64,000 nt of DNA from Torpedo marmorata (taxonomy: Eukaryota), in contig OZ360241.1 in NCBI GenBank assembly GCA_977017645.1, positions 61,628,001 through 61,692,000 of the forward strand, read 5' to 3'. A program made the position numbers and the translations under genes. Shown one piece after another: positions 13,701 to 25,461 of this stretch. The notes below the pieces were generated by a model that saw only the letters and a list, made by a program, of their open reading frames with translations, was not told where the DNA came from and ran no database searches. Within the stretch, counting starts at the first letter, position 1. Each line of letters begins with the position of its first letter.

Positions 13701-16310
13701 GTGCTTTGCAACCTAGTGGTAAGCAAATGAATTGCTTTGAACCATTGGTGGGTGTAGCATGGCATTTCTTTTCCTCTTGCCTCCCACCCAAAAATAATTT
13801 TCAACTTGTGGATATTCAACAGAGCACAATTTGTAAACATATCTTGGCGTGGAAGAAGTATATACAATTTAAAAAGTTGTAACTGGTGTTATGATTGAGT
13901 CACTTGGTTACTGCACATCAGATTTCATTCAAAACCAATGAGAACAACTTGTGTTGCCACAAGATGCACTGTGGTAATGATAGATTGTTAGTTTTCATAG
14001 GAACTCCCCAATTCTCAGATCCTACTGATAATGAACTAAATTAACTTCTAGAGTATATCTATGGTGTGAGATTAGAGGGACAAAATCATTGACAGACCAT
14101 ATAGTTGAGTCATTGATTGTTGCCCTCCCCCTCCCTCATTGAAGTAGACAGAATTAGCTCTTCAGAGAAAACAATGATCACTAATTTAAAAAGGTATCCT
14201 CAATGTCCTGTTTCTCTCTCCTCTCCAATTCGTATCAAAATACAAAGTACACAAAACAAAATTTATAGTTGCCATAGAAAATAAACAATGGCACATTAAT
14301 TGAAAACCAGTAACTGGAAATAGAAGAGGTGCAAACAAAGAGCACACTGATTAGGTGCAATGGTTGGTCTTTTTCATTAGCACTTCATTCTCCAAATATC
14401 CTGTGGTGAAACCAAAAATGCACAAAGAACAGCAAAATAAATGCAAATGAGCTCTGCATAGCAAGTGGAGAAATGGAGAAATGGCAATTGATTGCACACA
14501 AAATCAATAAAAGCAGCATTGCTAAATCAGCCCAAGTTTGTTGCCATCCTGGAAATACCATGCATTTTTTTTCTTCACAATGATCATAAAAATGCACCTC
14601 AATAATTCTGAATTATCAGTAATTCAGTTGATGAGCAGGCCCAGTGTTTCTCATTTTGTAGATCATGCACACCTTCTAGTTCACTACAATGGTAATGTTC
14701 ACAGCGAGGGTCAAAATATTTGGACTGGTAAAAACAGAGGCGAATACATATTCCAGCTTAACAAATGCCTTGTAGCAGGGTCCTGTTGTAGTAACGAGCT
14801 AGATTTCCTCTTAAAACTAATATCAACACCATTGAAGATTAATTGAGTGAAATACTACACGAGACAGAGTATAGTTTACAAGAATGTCAAAGATAGCTCA
14901 TACGAAACAAGTTGAAGTTAGAGGAGACTAACTGGACACTTTCATCCAACTGATGTCCTCAGAGATACATATACGCAGGTGTAAAAACTCAAATGTTTAA
15001 GAATACATCAAGTATCATAACAAATTAAGATTGCTCTTGGAATAAAGTCAAAGCAGTGCATTAACCAACTACAAATCCTCCTCCAATGTCTGCTGCCCAC
15101 TGGAACATGGTTACTGATCCTGTCCAATTAATGAGCAAATTGTCCTACAAGTGTGAAAAGCTGTGAATCAGATTGAGCAAGAGAGCCAGCGAGCAATGGA
15201 GCAGGAGGAAAAGAGAGCTCTGAGCAATTTGACCATTTGCTATGTAAAATGGGTGTTGATGTAACTGGGACCATCAAGGGCTTACTCATTCATATGAATG
15301 GTGATGATTTGCCTGGGAATTAAGTGCTGTTATCTTTTCTGCTGCTCACAAAAAATGAACAAGGCTATGGCCATGTACAAGGGTAATTTCCATTTCTACA
15401 CCAATAAAATGGGCACCTGATCTTGCTGATTTCACCAGCTTCCTCTGCATTCCTCCTCATTTCATTGGTTCTCCACAACTACCTTATAGGAAACAGGAGT
15501 TTATCATCAGGGAAAACAAGGCTGGGAAGTGTTGTCAGGGTACGGATCTCAAATCTACCACGAGTCTAAATTGAATGAGTCCCAAGTACAAAAGAGTGGA
15601 GGGGAACACAGGAGCCCATAGTGCTATCCAAATAAGCAGTGTCCAAAGTCAATGGCTCACATGCCAATTTGAAGTTTTGCAAAAAAGCACAAGACCAGAA
15701 AGCCAGGTATCAGCATACACATCTAATATAAATCATTCCCACCCAAAACCTCTACCCCACCCTACTTGGTACCTTTACACTGCTCAAAACCTTCAACAGA
15801 TTGCCACAGTTATCTAAAATTTGAATCGGAAACTTGGGGTCTTGCCTGATCTTGTCCAGTCAGAAGACAATTTTATATGGATTCCATTGCTGATCTCTGC
15901 AGCGTTATAGCTAGCTTGCAGCCACCCATCAGATAATAGTGTTTCCAGGAAGCCCCAACGTTAAATAAAAACACATTAAGAGCAAGATTAACAATTTGCC
16001 AAGCTATTGTAACAGATTTCTGGTGTCTTGCACAAGGCAACAAAAACAGGGAGGAGCAAAATGTTGTACCCAAGGGATTTGGAGATTGTATCAATTGATG
16101 TAAACAACCCAAGAGATTCCAAACTCTAATGAGCTAAGAAGATGTAGGACCAGAGGTGTTATGTACTTTTTTAAAACATTAAAAGAAAAAAAAACCTTCA
16201 ATTGAAAACTCAAGGAAAATATTAGTATTTCTGAAATGAAAACCTTGGGTTGATCACCATGTCTGATCTCCACGTCCATTATAAGCTGCAGCAACAGGCA
16301 GCTCTTTGTA

Positions 16311-16523
16311 TTATACACAACTGTCTTGTAATAAAGGCTCCTTCCCATCAGGGCTTGTGCTCTGCGGACTGTGCGTGTGACTCTGGGACCCATTACTGTG
16401 TTTCTTCCAGCTGCCAGAACGCTGAGGGAGGCCACTATGTTCAGGGATGAACAAGGCAACCAGCAGAGAAAGCAATACTGAGCATGCTCCAAAGAGAAAA
16501 GGCGGTCCTGGGATTATGGTGCT
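16311..16523 (-). CDS. MFSD14A: MFSD14A/HIAT1-family exon 12 (last coding exon, includes TAA)
   Basis: STIIPGPPFLFGACSVLLSLLVALFIPEH...KEPLLQDSCV*; pyrimidine tract plus CAG acceptor at 16524-16526. Confidence 0.95.
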   Translation of the reverse strand, partial: STIIPGPPFLFGACSVLLSLLVALFIPEHSGLPQRSGSWKKHSNGSQSHTHSPQSTSPDGKEPLLQDSCV

Positions 16524-17463
16524 CTGAGAAAACAAAGGAAAAAGGGATCAGTGGCAATACAAATGTTAGCTTTTCAAAAACGAATTAACACGAGGACAGA
16601 TCTTTCAAATAATTGTAGAATTTCACGCAAAGCAACATGTCAATTTGTTTAAAAATATTTTCTCAATATCCTGGTTACGTCTTGTGGTCACCAGCATAGC
16701 ACCCAATGAGGAAGACAATGATAAACTTGCACATTCATGACACCTCATTAAAACATGGAGATTCAGGTGTGAAGCAGTGACTTCCTAATGTAAATACGAG
16801 CTCGTAAACCAAGTTCTCACCTTTCACAGTTACGATACAAACTATCCAATCAGAATTTAGTGATGATTGAGCAAGAAATCAAGCCAAAACAGCAAAACCC
16901 CTTGGCGTTCAGCTATTTAGGCCAAATGCTGCACAATAACCTCCACAAACCTTTCTGCCTCTCTACAAAGTTCTTGAATCATCTTTGACAAAGCTTTCAG
17001 TTACTTGTTCTAATTTGGTGATAAATGGTTTGAATGCAGTTATGTGAATCAAGTATACATGTTAAAGATCCTATACTATTGCAAATCATTGTTGCAATTC
17101 CTCCAATTGTGAACAGTCTAACATCTTATCAAAAAATAGTAATACTGTACTAACATTACACAAATCTTAGGCTTTGAAAGGATTAAACAAGTCTCTAGAA
17201 ATGCATCTTTCGAAAGCTCTCCAATTGGGACCTTCCCTAAGATCAACACTTTTCCCCCCCCTCTTCAACCAGATATCCAATTTATCTTTCAAAGTCCCTG
17301 TTGCATCTCCTTCAACTTTTAAAGAAGCACCTTCCAGATCACAATATTCCACAGTGAACAAAAAACCTGCAGGTCATCCACCCTTTACAATACTTCAGAA
17401 GTATGATAATGGCATAAAATGGTTGCTTATCCTTTCACCCTTAGCCAAACATCTCAAATCTGC

Positions 17464-17636
17464 AAAAAAACTGCTGGAAGAACTTGGGCAAGGAAGCATC
17501 AATGGAGGCAAATGGATGGTCAACATTTTGGGTTGAGACTGTATCAGGACTGGACAAAAAAAATGTTGATTATCCCTTTCACTCCAAGGATGCTGCCTGA
17601 CCCAGAGTCCCTTCAGCTGTTTTTTTCCCTCCAGAT
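17464..17636. repeat. Palindromic Penelope-pLTR-like short repeat, interrupted at its right end by the hAT element
   Basis: Arms ~17464-17529 and ~17560-17626 are imperfect reverse complements (CTGCTGGAAGAACTTGGGCAAGGAAGCATC / GATGCTGCCTGACCCAGAGTCCCTTCAGCTG); the repeat appears to continue after 24452. Confidence 0.6.
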
Positions 17637-17760
17637 CAGCCATTCTCAACGGGGACCCTTCGGCCCCCTGGTGACCACAGCAAATTTAAGAAGGGACGGA
17701 AATCCTTAATGGGGGGGGCTCCCCAAGGTGTATAGGGGGCATGGAAACTGAATATGGAAA

Positions 17761-18606
17761 CTTAACCCTAACCCCCTAACTCTAACACACTAACCACTGA
17801 ACAGATTAAATGAGGAATAAGCAGATCTACCTCGGGTCTAGAAATAGCAGGAAGTTAGCCACAGGATCACGCACAGTAGATCCCACTCTGAAGGGATTTA
17901 AAACCAAACCACCCAACTAACTAGGTATAACTAATAGAGCGGACAAATTAAGGGGCCCTCCAACACCCCCACCACACCGTTTCCAACCACCAACACACGG
18001 GTACGGGTACCACACTCCATCTAGCTCTCACCCTGAACATACGCCCACAGGGGACAACATCCAACACCAGGGTACAAACTACTCAACGCCATCACCAGAA
18101 GAGGGAACTCCCCCAGACTCACACTATTCACAGAGATCCTTTCCCTGAAACATAACCCAGCCCAAAACGAAGGGATACACATCCAGCACTCCAAATACTA
18201 ATCATCCTAACCATAACTCTACCCTAAAAACACCTCCCACCCCACCCTAAACCTGATCCCACCCCAACCAATACCCAACCCAGGCTAACATGGCCCCCAC
18301 CCCAAATACTAACCCACCGAATGGCACGAGGACGAAATAAAGTGCGCTCCGGGGAGAGGCAGTCGAGTGGCCTTTTGTTTCGTACAAGGGTCAATAGATG
18401 CCAAGGACCCCCCTCACCAGGGGTAAACAAGGAGATGACACTATCTGAGACATTCGGTGGTAACCTCAATTCCAACCCATACCCCAACCCAAAATCTAAC
18501 CCTAACCCCCCAACTAACCCCAACCAGAACTCCCCAATTAACCCTAACCTGAACCCCCCCCAACTAACCCTAACCCCAATCACAACCCATAGCCCAACCC
18601 AAAACC
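17761..18606 (+). repeat. C/A-rich segment bounded by degenerate telomere-like (CCCTAA)n tracts
   Basis: CTTAACCCTAACCCCCTAACTCTAAC at 17761, degenerate units at ~18200-18315, and a ~140-bp tract of TAACCC variants at ~18465-18606. Confidence 0.7.
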
Positions 18607-18765
18607 GTTAAACATTTATTGGGGGAGGGAAAAGACTTTGCTGCTGGGCTTTGCTGTATAGTTGCCAAGCAACGCAAGATTTTTTTCAAGGTTGGAGGCA
18701 TTTGGAGGCAGCCTCGAATGACCTAAATAAATACGGAAAATTCATGTTTTCAGAGCGTCCCTTGC

Positions 18766-21700
18766 TTTTTTTTTTATATTTTATTTAATTTTTTAAAATC
18801 ACAAAATACATAGATCAATAATAGTATATTATTCAAAATACATGTGATATATTACCTCCCCCCCTCCCCAACCCTCCCACACTATTCTAATAAAAGAAAA
18901 AGAAAAATATGAAAAAAAAAAGTATTAGTTAAAAGAAAAAAGAATAGAATGAATAATAAAGTTATGAGAGTTAGTATGAGGAGAAAACCATTACAAGCTA
19001 ACTCTACTTATGTATTGGAGGTTACTTTTGTCAGCGTTACTAACTTTTAGAGAATTAATTCATACCCATAATTCTCATATATGGGCTCCAAATTTTCAAA
19101 AAGAAATGGTATTTATCTCGTAGATTATACGTAATTTTTTCCAATGGTATACACGAGCGTAACTCTGCATGTAATCTATCCAAATTCAAATCTAAATCTG
19201 ATTTCCAAGTAATAGCGATACATTTTTTTGAAATCGCTAACACAATTCGTAAAAATTCTATTTGATACATATTCAATCTATTTCTAATACTAATTTTTTT
19301 TATATCTCCAAATAGAAATATCATAGGGTCCATTGGAATCGTAATATTAAAAATTCTATCTAAAAAATCCTTAACTTTAGACCAAAAATTTTGAATTTTT
19401 AAACATGACCATGTACAGTGTACAAAAGAACCTATTTCATCTTTACACCTAAAACACATATCTGATAATGCCGGATTAAATTTCTTTAATTTTTTAGGTG
19501 TTATATATAATTGATGAAAAAAGTTATATTGTACTAATCTATATCTAACATTAATAATTTTAGTCATACTCAATTTACATAGTTCTTTCCAATGTTGTTC
19601 GTCTACACTAATATTTAAATCTGACTCCCAATTTAATCTAGATTTATGTAATCCTACATTAGGCATCTTTCTCTGAAATAATTTATACATTTGTGATATA
19701 AATTTATTAACATTTCCATTAGTAATTAGTAACTCTAACCCATCTTGTCTAGGAGATATTAATTGATTCCCTAATTTCTCAACTAAAAATCCTTTAACCT
19801 GATAATAAGCCAAAATTGTATTGTCCATTATTCCAAATTTTTCCTTCAATCTAGAAAAAGTAACAAATCTTCCTGCCTCAAAACAATCTTTAATCTTCTT
19901 AATTCCTTTTTGATACCATAATTTTAAAAATTGATTATCAATAGAAAAAGGTAACAATAGATTCTGATATAATGGCATATTTAAAGATATTGATCCTTTT
20001 CGTCCTATTTCATTATCTAGCTGATTCCAAATTTCCAATAAGTGTTTAATAATCGGTGACTTTTTCTTTTTAATCAATAATAATTTGGAATTGCATTTAT
20101 AAATAATATCTTCCTTATATCTTTCCCCTATATTACTCAATTCTATATTAATCCAAGCCGTATTTTTAGTTAAATCAAAAAATTCATTTATAAATTTTAA
20201 TTGTGCTGCCTTATAATAATATTGAAAATTAGGAAGTTGTAATCCACCCATTTCATATTCCCAAGTTAATTTATCTATACTTACCCTTGCCAATTTTCCT
20301 TTCCATAAAAACTTTCTAATAATAATTTTTAAATCTTTAAAAAATTTTTGAGGAATACCAAAAGGTATAGATTGAAAAAGATATTGAACTCTTGGAAAAA
20401 TATTCATTTTAATACAATTCACTCTTCCCATTAAAGTTATAGGTAAATCTTTCCAATTATCCAAATCTTTCTTTATTTTCTGAAATAAAGGTATATAATT
20501 TAATTTATATAAATTTTCTAATTTTGTATCTATTTTAACTCCCAAATATTTAATTGCTTCTTTAGCCCATTTAAATTTTGTAACTTCTTTACATTTAGTA
20601 TAGTCTCCTTGAGATAGAGCCATTATCTCACTTTTATCCGAATTTATTTTATATCCAGATATCTCACCATAATCCCTCAATATCTTATCTAATTGTTGAA
20701 GTGATTTAATAGATTTTGTCATATATATTAATACATCATCTGCAAACAGACTAATTTTATGCTCTTCTGCACCTACTTTAATCCCATTTATATTAATATC
20801 TTTCCTAATCATTTCAGCCAACGGTTCTATTGCCAATACAAATAAAGCAGGTGACAAAGGACATCCTTGTCTTGTTGACCGTGTCAAAGAAAATTTAGAT
20901 GATATTTGACCATTTGTAATTACTCTAGCTGTAGGTTCCTTATATATAGTCTTAATCCAATTTATAAACGTATTTCCGAATCCATATTTCTCTAAAACCT
21001 TAAAAAAAAATTTCCATTCTAATCTATCAAATGCTTTTTCTGCATCTAATGCTATCACTAACGGCAAATCCTGTTTCCTTTTTTTGTAAATTAATCAAAC
21101 TTATTAATCTTGCTATATTATCCTTTGAATGTCTATTTTTAATAAATCCTGCTTGGTCTGGATGTATTAAAAATGGTAAAGACTTAGCTAATCTATTTGT
21201 CAAAATTTTTGCCATTATTTTATAATCTACATTTAACAGTGATATAGGTCTATACGATTCAGTTTTCTTTGGTATAACTGTAATAATAGCATTTAAAAAT
21301 GTTTTCGGTAATAAATGAGTTTCCTTTATTTGAGTCAACACTTCCATGTATATAGGTATCAATAAATCTTTAAACTTCTTATAAAACTCTATCGGAAATC
21401 CATCATCACCAGGAGATTTACCACTTTTCAATGATGATAAAGCCTCACCTACTTCTCTCATTGTAATTGGTAAATCTAACAAATCTCTATTAAAACTATT
21501 CAATTTAGGCAATGTAATTTTAGATTAAAAATCATCAATTTTTACAACATCTTGATTCATTTGCGAAGTGTATAAATTTTGATAATACTCTCTAAATGAA
21601 TTATTTATTTCTTGAGGTTTATAAGTTATTTCTCCAGTACTTTTCTTTATAGCATTTATAGTTTTAGAAACTTGTTCTTTCTTTAATTGCCATGCTAAAA

Positions 21701-22885
21701 CTTTATGTGCTCTTTCTCCCAATTCATAATATCTTTGCTTTGTTCTACCAATTAATTTTTCTATTTTTCGAGTTTGTAATATATTATAATGTAATTTTTT
21801 CCCAATTAAACGTTGTCTCTTAAAAATTGTTTTATTTCTTTGAAAATCTTTTTCCATGAATTCAATCTCCCCTTCCAGTTTTTCTTCTTCTTTCAAATAA
21901 TCTTTTCTAATTTTTGCCGAAAAACTTATTATCAAACCTCTTAAATATGCTTTTAAAGATTCCCAAATTATAAACTTATCATCAACTGAATTATTATTAA
22001 TTCTTAAAAATTCCTGAATTTCTTTTCTTATATATTCACAGAAATTTTTTCTATTTAATAAAGAGTCTAATCTCCAATTATATACAGTTTTTTCTTTCTC
22101 TGGAATTATACATGTCATTAATAAAGGTGAATGATCTGAGATTATTCTTGCTTTATAAGAAATTTGAGTTATTCTATCCTGAATTTGTGAAGATATTAAA
22201 AATAAATCAATCCTTGAGAATGAATTATGTCGAAAAGAATAAAATGAATAATCTTTTTCTCTAGGATTTAACTTTCTCCAAATATCTACCAAATTTAAAT
22301 CATCCATTAAATTAATAATTCTTTTAACTATTTTAGGTCTAACAGATGTTCTAGTTGTTTTATCCATATTTGCATTAAGACAACAATTAAAGTCTCCCCC
22401 AATTAAAATATTTTCCTTAGCCTCAGATAAATGTAAAAAAGTATCTTGAATAAATTGTTCATCCTCTGGATTTGTAATATATAAATTTAAAAAGGTCCAT
22501 GTTTCTGAATAAATTTGACAATGCACTAAAACATATCTACCAGCTATATCAGTCACTACTGATTGTATTTTAAATGGTAGTTTTTTATTAACTAAAATCG
22601 CTACCCCTCTCGCTTTAGAATTAAAAGATGAAGCTACTACATGTCCTACCCATTCTCTCTTTAACTTTTGATGTTCTTTATCAGTCAAATGCGTTTCCTG
22701 TAAAAAAGCTATATCTACTTTTAATTTTTTGATATGTGCCAAAGTTTTTTTCCTCTTAATTGGATTATTAAGTCCATTAACATTAATACTTACAAAATTT
22801 ATACTTCTAGAATCAACCATAATTAAATTTTAAACATTCTCTATCTGTCAGATCCGCTGACGCATCCCTCCTATTCTGTTGATTA
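18766..22885 (-). mobile_element. L1/Tx1-clade LINE, truncated just upstream of ORF2, with poly(A) tail
   Basis: Poly(T) on + at 18766 with AATAAA on the minus strand nearby; G-rich 3' UTR tract; imperfect direct repeat CATGTTTTCAGAGCGTCCCTTGCTTT (18743) / CATATTTTCGAGCGTTCCTTGCTTT (22886) interpreted as TSD. Confidence 0.9.
19055..22820 (-). pseudogene. L1/Tx1 ORF2 (APE endonuclease + reverse transcriptase + C-terminal Cys-rich region), ~1250 codons, disrupted
   Basis: NVNGLN, FLQETH, GGDFN, SRIDLF, SDHSP (APE); YRPISLLN, LDAEKAFD, RQGCPLSP, FADD, YLGV (RT); CFRC...H...C (C-term). One in-frame TAA at 21525-21527 and one +1 frameshift in an A7 run near 21080. Confidence 0.92.
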
Positions 22886-23220
22886 CATATTTTCGAGCGT
22901 TCCTTGCTTTGACATGATTGTGTTTGACTGACATGAAACCAGATTTGGCTACGAATTGCCTTCCACGTAGTTTTCCTCTTTTATTCTATCGCCTTCAATT
23001 CCAGGAAATAAGCGTGCAGGCCGAACGTTTTGCTCCATATTTCTCACATCCACAAGCTTCAAGTTTTCGTGGCTGGTAGTGAATGCATGTCTCTTTTTGC
23101 TAGCTTTTATTGAGGAATATATTGTTCATTACTTTCCATAAAAGTTAAGCCAACTTTTGAGCTAACCCTTGTAAGAAGTACTTTCGTTTTGTAATAGTTC
23201 ATTTTTGTTACTTTCAGAAA

Positions 23221-23350
23221 TATCAGAATCAGAATTTATTGTCATGAACAAGTCATGAAAAAGTCATGAAATTCGGTGTTTTGCGGCAGCATCATAGTGC
23301 AATTAACATTCATATTATAACCATCATAATCATATTTATAATCATATAAT
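23221..23350 (-). mobile_element. Short Rex1-like 3' tail fragment inside the hAT element
   Basis: TCAGAATCAGAATTTATTGTCATGAACAAGTCATGAA...TTCGGTGTTTTGCGGCAGCATCATAGTGCAA matches the tails at 47131 and 61007. Confidence 0.8.
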
Positions 23351-23407
23351 AAACAAATAATTTTACCCACAAGTTCCTTGGCAAAAAAGAAATGTCGGCA
23401 ATAGTCT

Positions 23408-24130
23408 TTGCTACCCCGAAACGTTGGTAATACATCTTTTCTTTGCTACCCCAAAATGGTTTTTAGAAGAATTGATGAGATGGGAAGGGACATTGAAAAA
23501 CAATTATTCATTTTATTACAATCCAAGAAATTCTCTTTACAATTGGACGAATCCACTCTGCAAGAGAACGACACTCTTCTCATGGCTTATGCCAGATTGT
23601 GGAATGGAAACAAGCTGATGGAAGACATGATGTTTGCCAGAGGATTAAAACAGATACGAAGGGACTGACTTTTCTCTAAGAATGACACAAACAAGAACAG
23701 TATTCCATACGAGAACAAAGTTACCGCTTCAATGGTTGGACGAAATAGGGTTCATCATGCCTGAAAAATGTTATACCTTCAGCCTTTACTGTTCATGCAT
23801 CATTCATAGCACTTAGTGGCTAAAAACTGAGGAGGATGTTTAAATGCTTCACTTTCAATTGTGATAAAGACTGCAAACTTTATAAAATCACATCCCCGTC
23901 ACTCTGGGACAATAGTTTCCTTTCTTTATTATAATGAGCATGGAGAAAAACTCGCTAATGCGAATAGATTTCCAAAACTATGGGAAAGGTCGAAATATTT
24001 TTCAGTACCTTTCTCAACAAACTCAGTTGAATGCGGATTCAGCAAGATAGTTTCCTTGACAAAATCCAGGAACAGACTTGATATCACAACAAGAGGTGAC
24101 CTTCGACTATCACAAACCATTGCGCTCCAA
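23408..24130 (+). pseudogene. Decayed hAT Charlie/Buster (ZBED5/SCAND3-like) transposase
   Basis: RRIDEMGRDIEKQL...FSLQLDESTLQENDTLLMAYAR (first catalytic Asp region) and FPKLWE...VPFSTNSVECGFS...KSRNRLDITTRGDLRL (hATC dimerisation region); stops, frameshifts and a large internal deletion. Confidence 0.85.
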
Positions 24131-25461
24131 GAATCTCTTTTTTTTTTTTTTAAATTTTTTGTAATATGCATGTTCATGTTTCCTTCTTTCCTACATGATC
24201 AATAAGAATAATTTCCAATTTGTCTGCTTGTTCTGGAATCACAAGCCACAGTTGTTATGTTCAGTAAAAGCATTGTTTTCTTTTCATATCACGTAACAAA
24301 TATTTTATGTTTTTTTAATGTAGTCAGTAGGAGAGGAGTACGGAAGAAACCAACTAAACTTGACCGCTTCACAGGGAAGAGAACCCATAAACTTTGAGAA
24401 TAGTCCAAAGAAGGTCATAACCAAAAAAAGGTTGAGAATAGCTGCTCTAGATTACAGCAGTTGCAGTCTCATGTCTCTTAAATCTGTATGTTCTGTTTAC
24501 CCATTGTCCTCCCAGAGTGAATTATTTAAATGCTTCCTAATTTAGAACTTGTGTTTCTTTGATTTACTGTTGCAATGCACACATTTTTAGTGGGTGGAGA
24601 GGGTGCATGTATGTTTTAGTCAGTGGGTGACTACCCAAAACATTTTCAAGAAATACTCATGCCAACATGGATGCCTCGTGGAATCCAGTACTATAGCACC
24701 AAACTCCTGCCATTTCCTTGCAGTCAGGCCCATCAAAAGTTGAGTCTCAAATCAATTTAATAGTGATGAAGCGGGAAGTCGGACAAGTTTCAAGAAACAT
24801 GCTTTTTGAATTTATTTTGTGTACTTAAACTCTATAATAATTACACAATCTCCAAAAGATTAAAACAATACTGCTGGAAATTTGAAGTAAAAGTCTTCGG
24901 TCAGGAACCATTTGCAGGGAAAGAGAAACAGCTAATTTTCAAGTAAATAATTTTTCACTGGAATTAATACAAATCTGAAACATCAACTTTCCACAGATGC
25001 TGCCCAATCAGCTGAGAACATCTAGTATTTCCTGTTTTAGGAAATGTTTTATGTACTTATTTAAAACCTAATTTTAACAACTTTAACTCATGTTCATTTT
25101 TAGCAATTGGTGAACAAATGTGAGAGACAATTAAAGTATTCTGCTTTTTGAAACTTGTAATCCTGGGTGCACGAGAACACCAGCATTTCCAGTTCCCCTT
25201 GTTTTTGCTGCTTTTCTGGTACGTACCATCTGCATTCTTGCCAATACCTTGACATACCTTTCTGAAAGCAAGATTCTCAGGACTAAACACAATATACCAG
25301 TTGACACCTGAATAGTGTCTTAGAAACTACAACTTGAATTTTGCACTTTATTCTGCTAATTATGAAGTAAAAGATCCCAAGCAACATTTAAAAAAGTTAC
25401 AAGCCAACTGTGACTATGGATGATTTCAGAGACTCACATGTATACAGGTTATTTTGCTCAC

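Larger units (their letters stand above)
17637..24444 (+). mobile_element. hAT (Charlie/Buster-type) DNA transposon, decayed, containing nested insertions
   Basis: Terminal inverted repeats CAGCCATTCTCAAC (17637) and GTTGAGAATAGCTG (ends 24444) match 13/14; 8-bp TSD CTCCAGAT / CTCTAGAT fits the Charlie NTCTAGAN target; transposase relics at 23408-24130. Confidence 0.85.

Noticed and set aside
17761-18606. Retrocopied telomerase RNA or a mitochondrial insertion (numt) explaining the C/A-rich block
   Set aside because: I found no vertebrate TR pseudoknot (GCTGAC/GTCAGC), CR4/5 or H/ACA elements, and no recognisable mitochondrial protein or tRNA.
18224-18611. ORFs 18224..18583 (-) and 18321..18611 (+) as real proteins
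   Set aside because: The GLGL and NPNP repeats are simply translations of degenerate TTAGGG/CCCTAA units.
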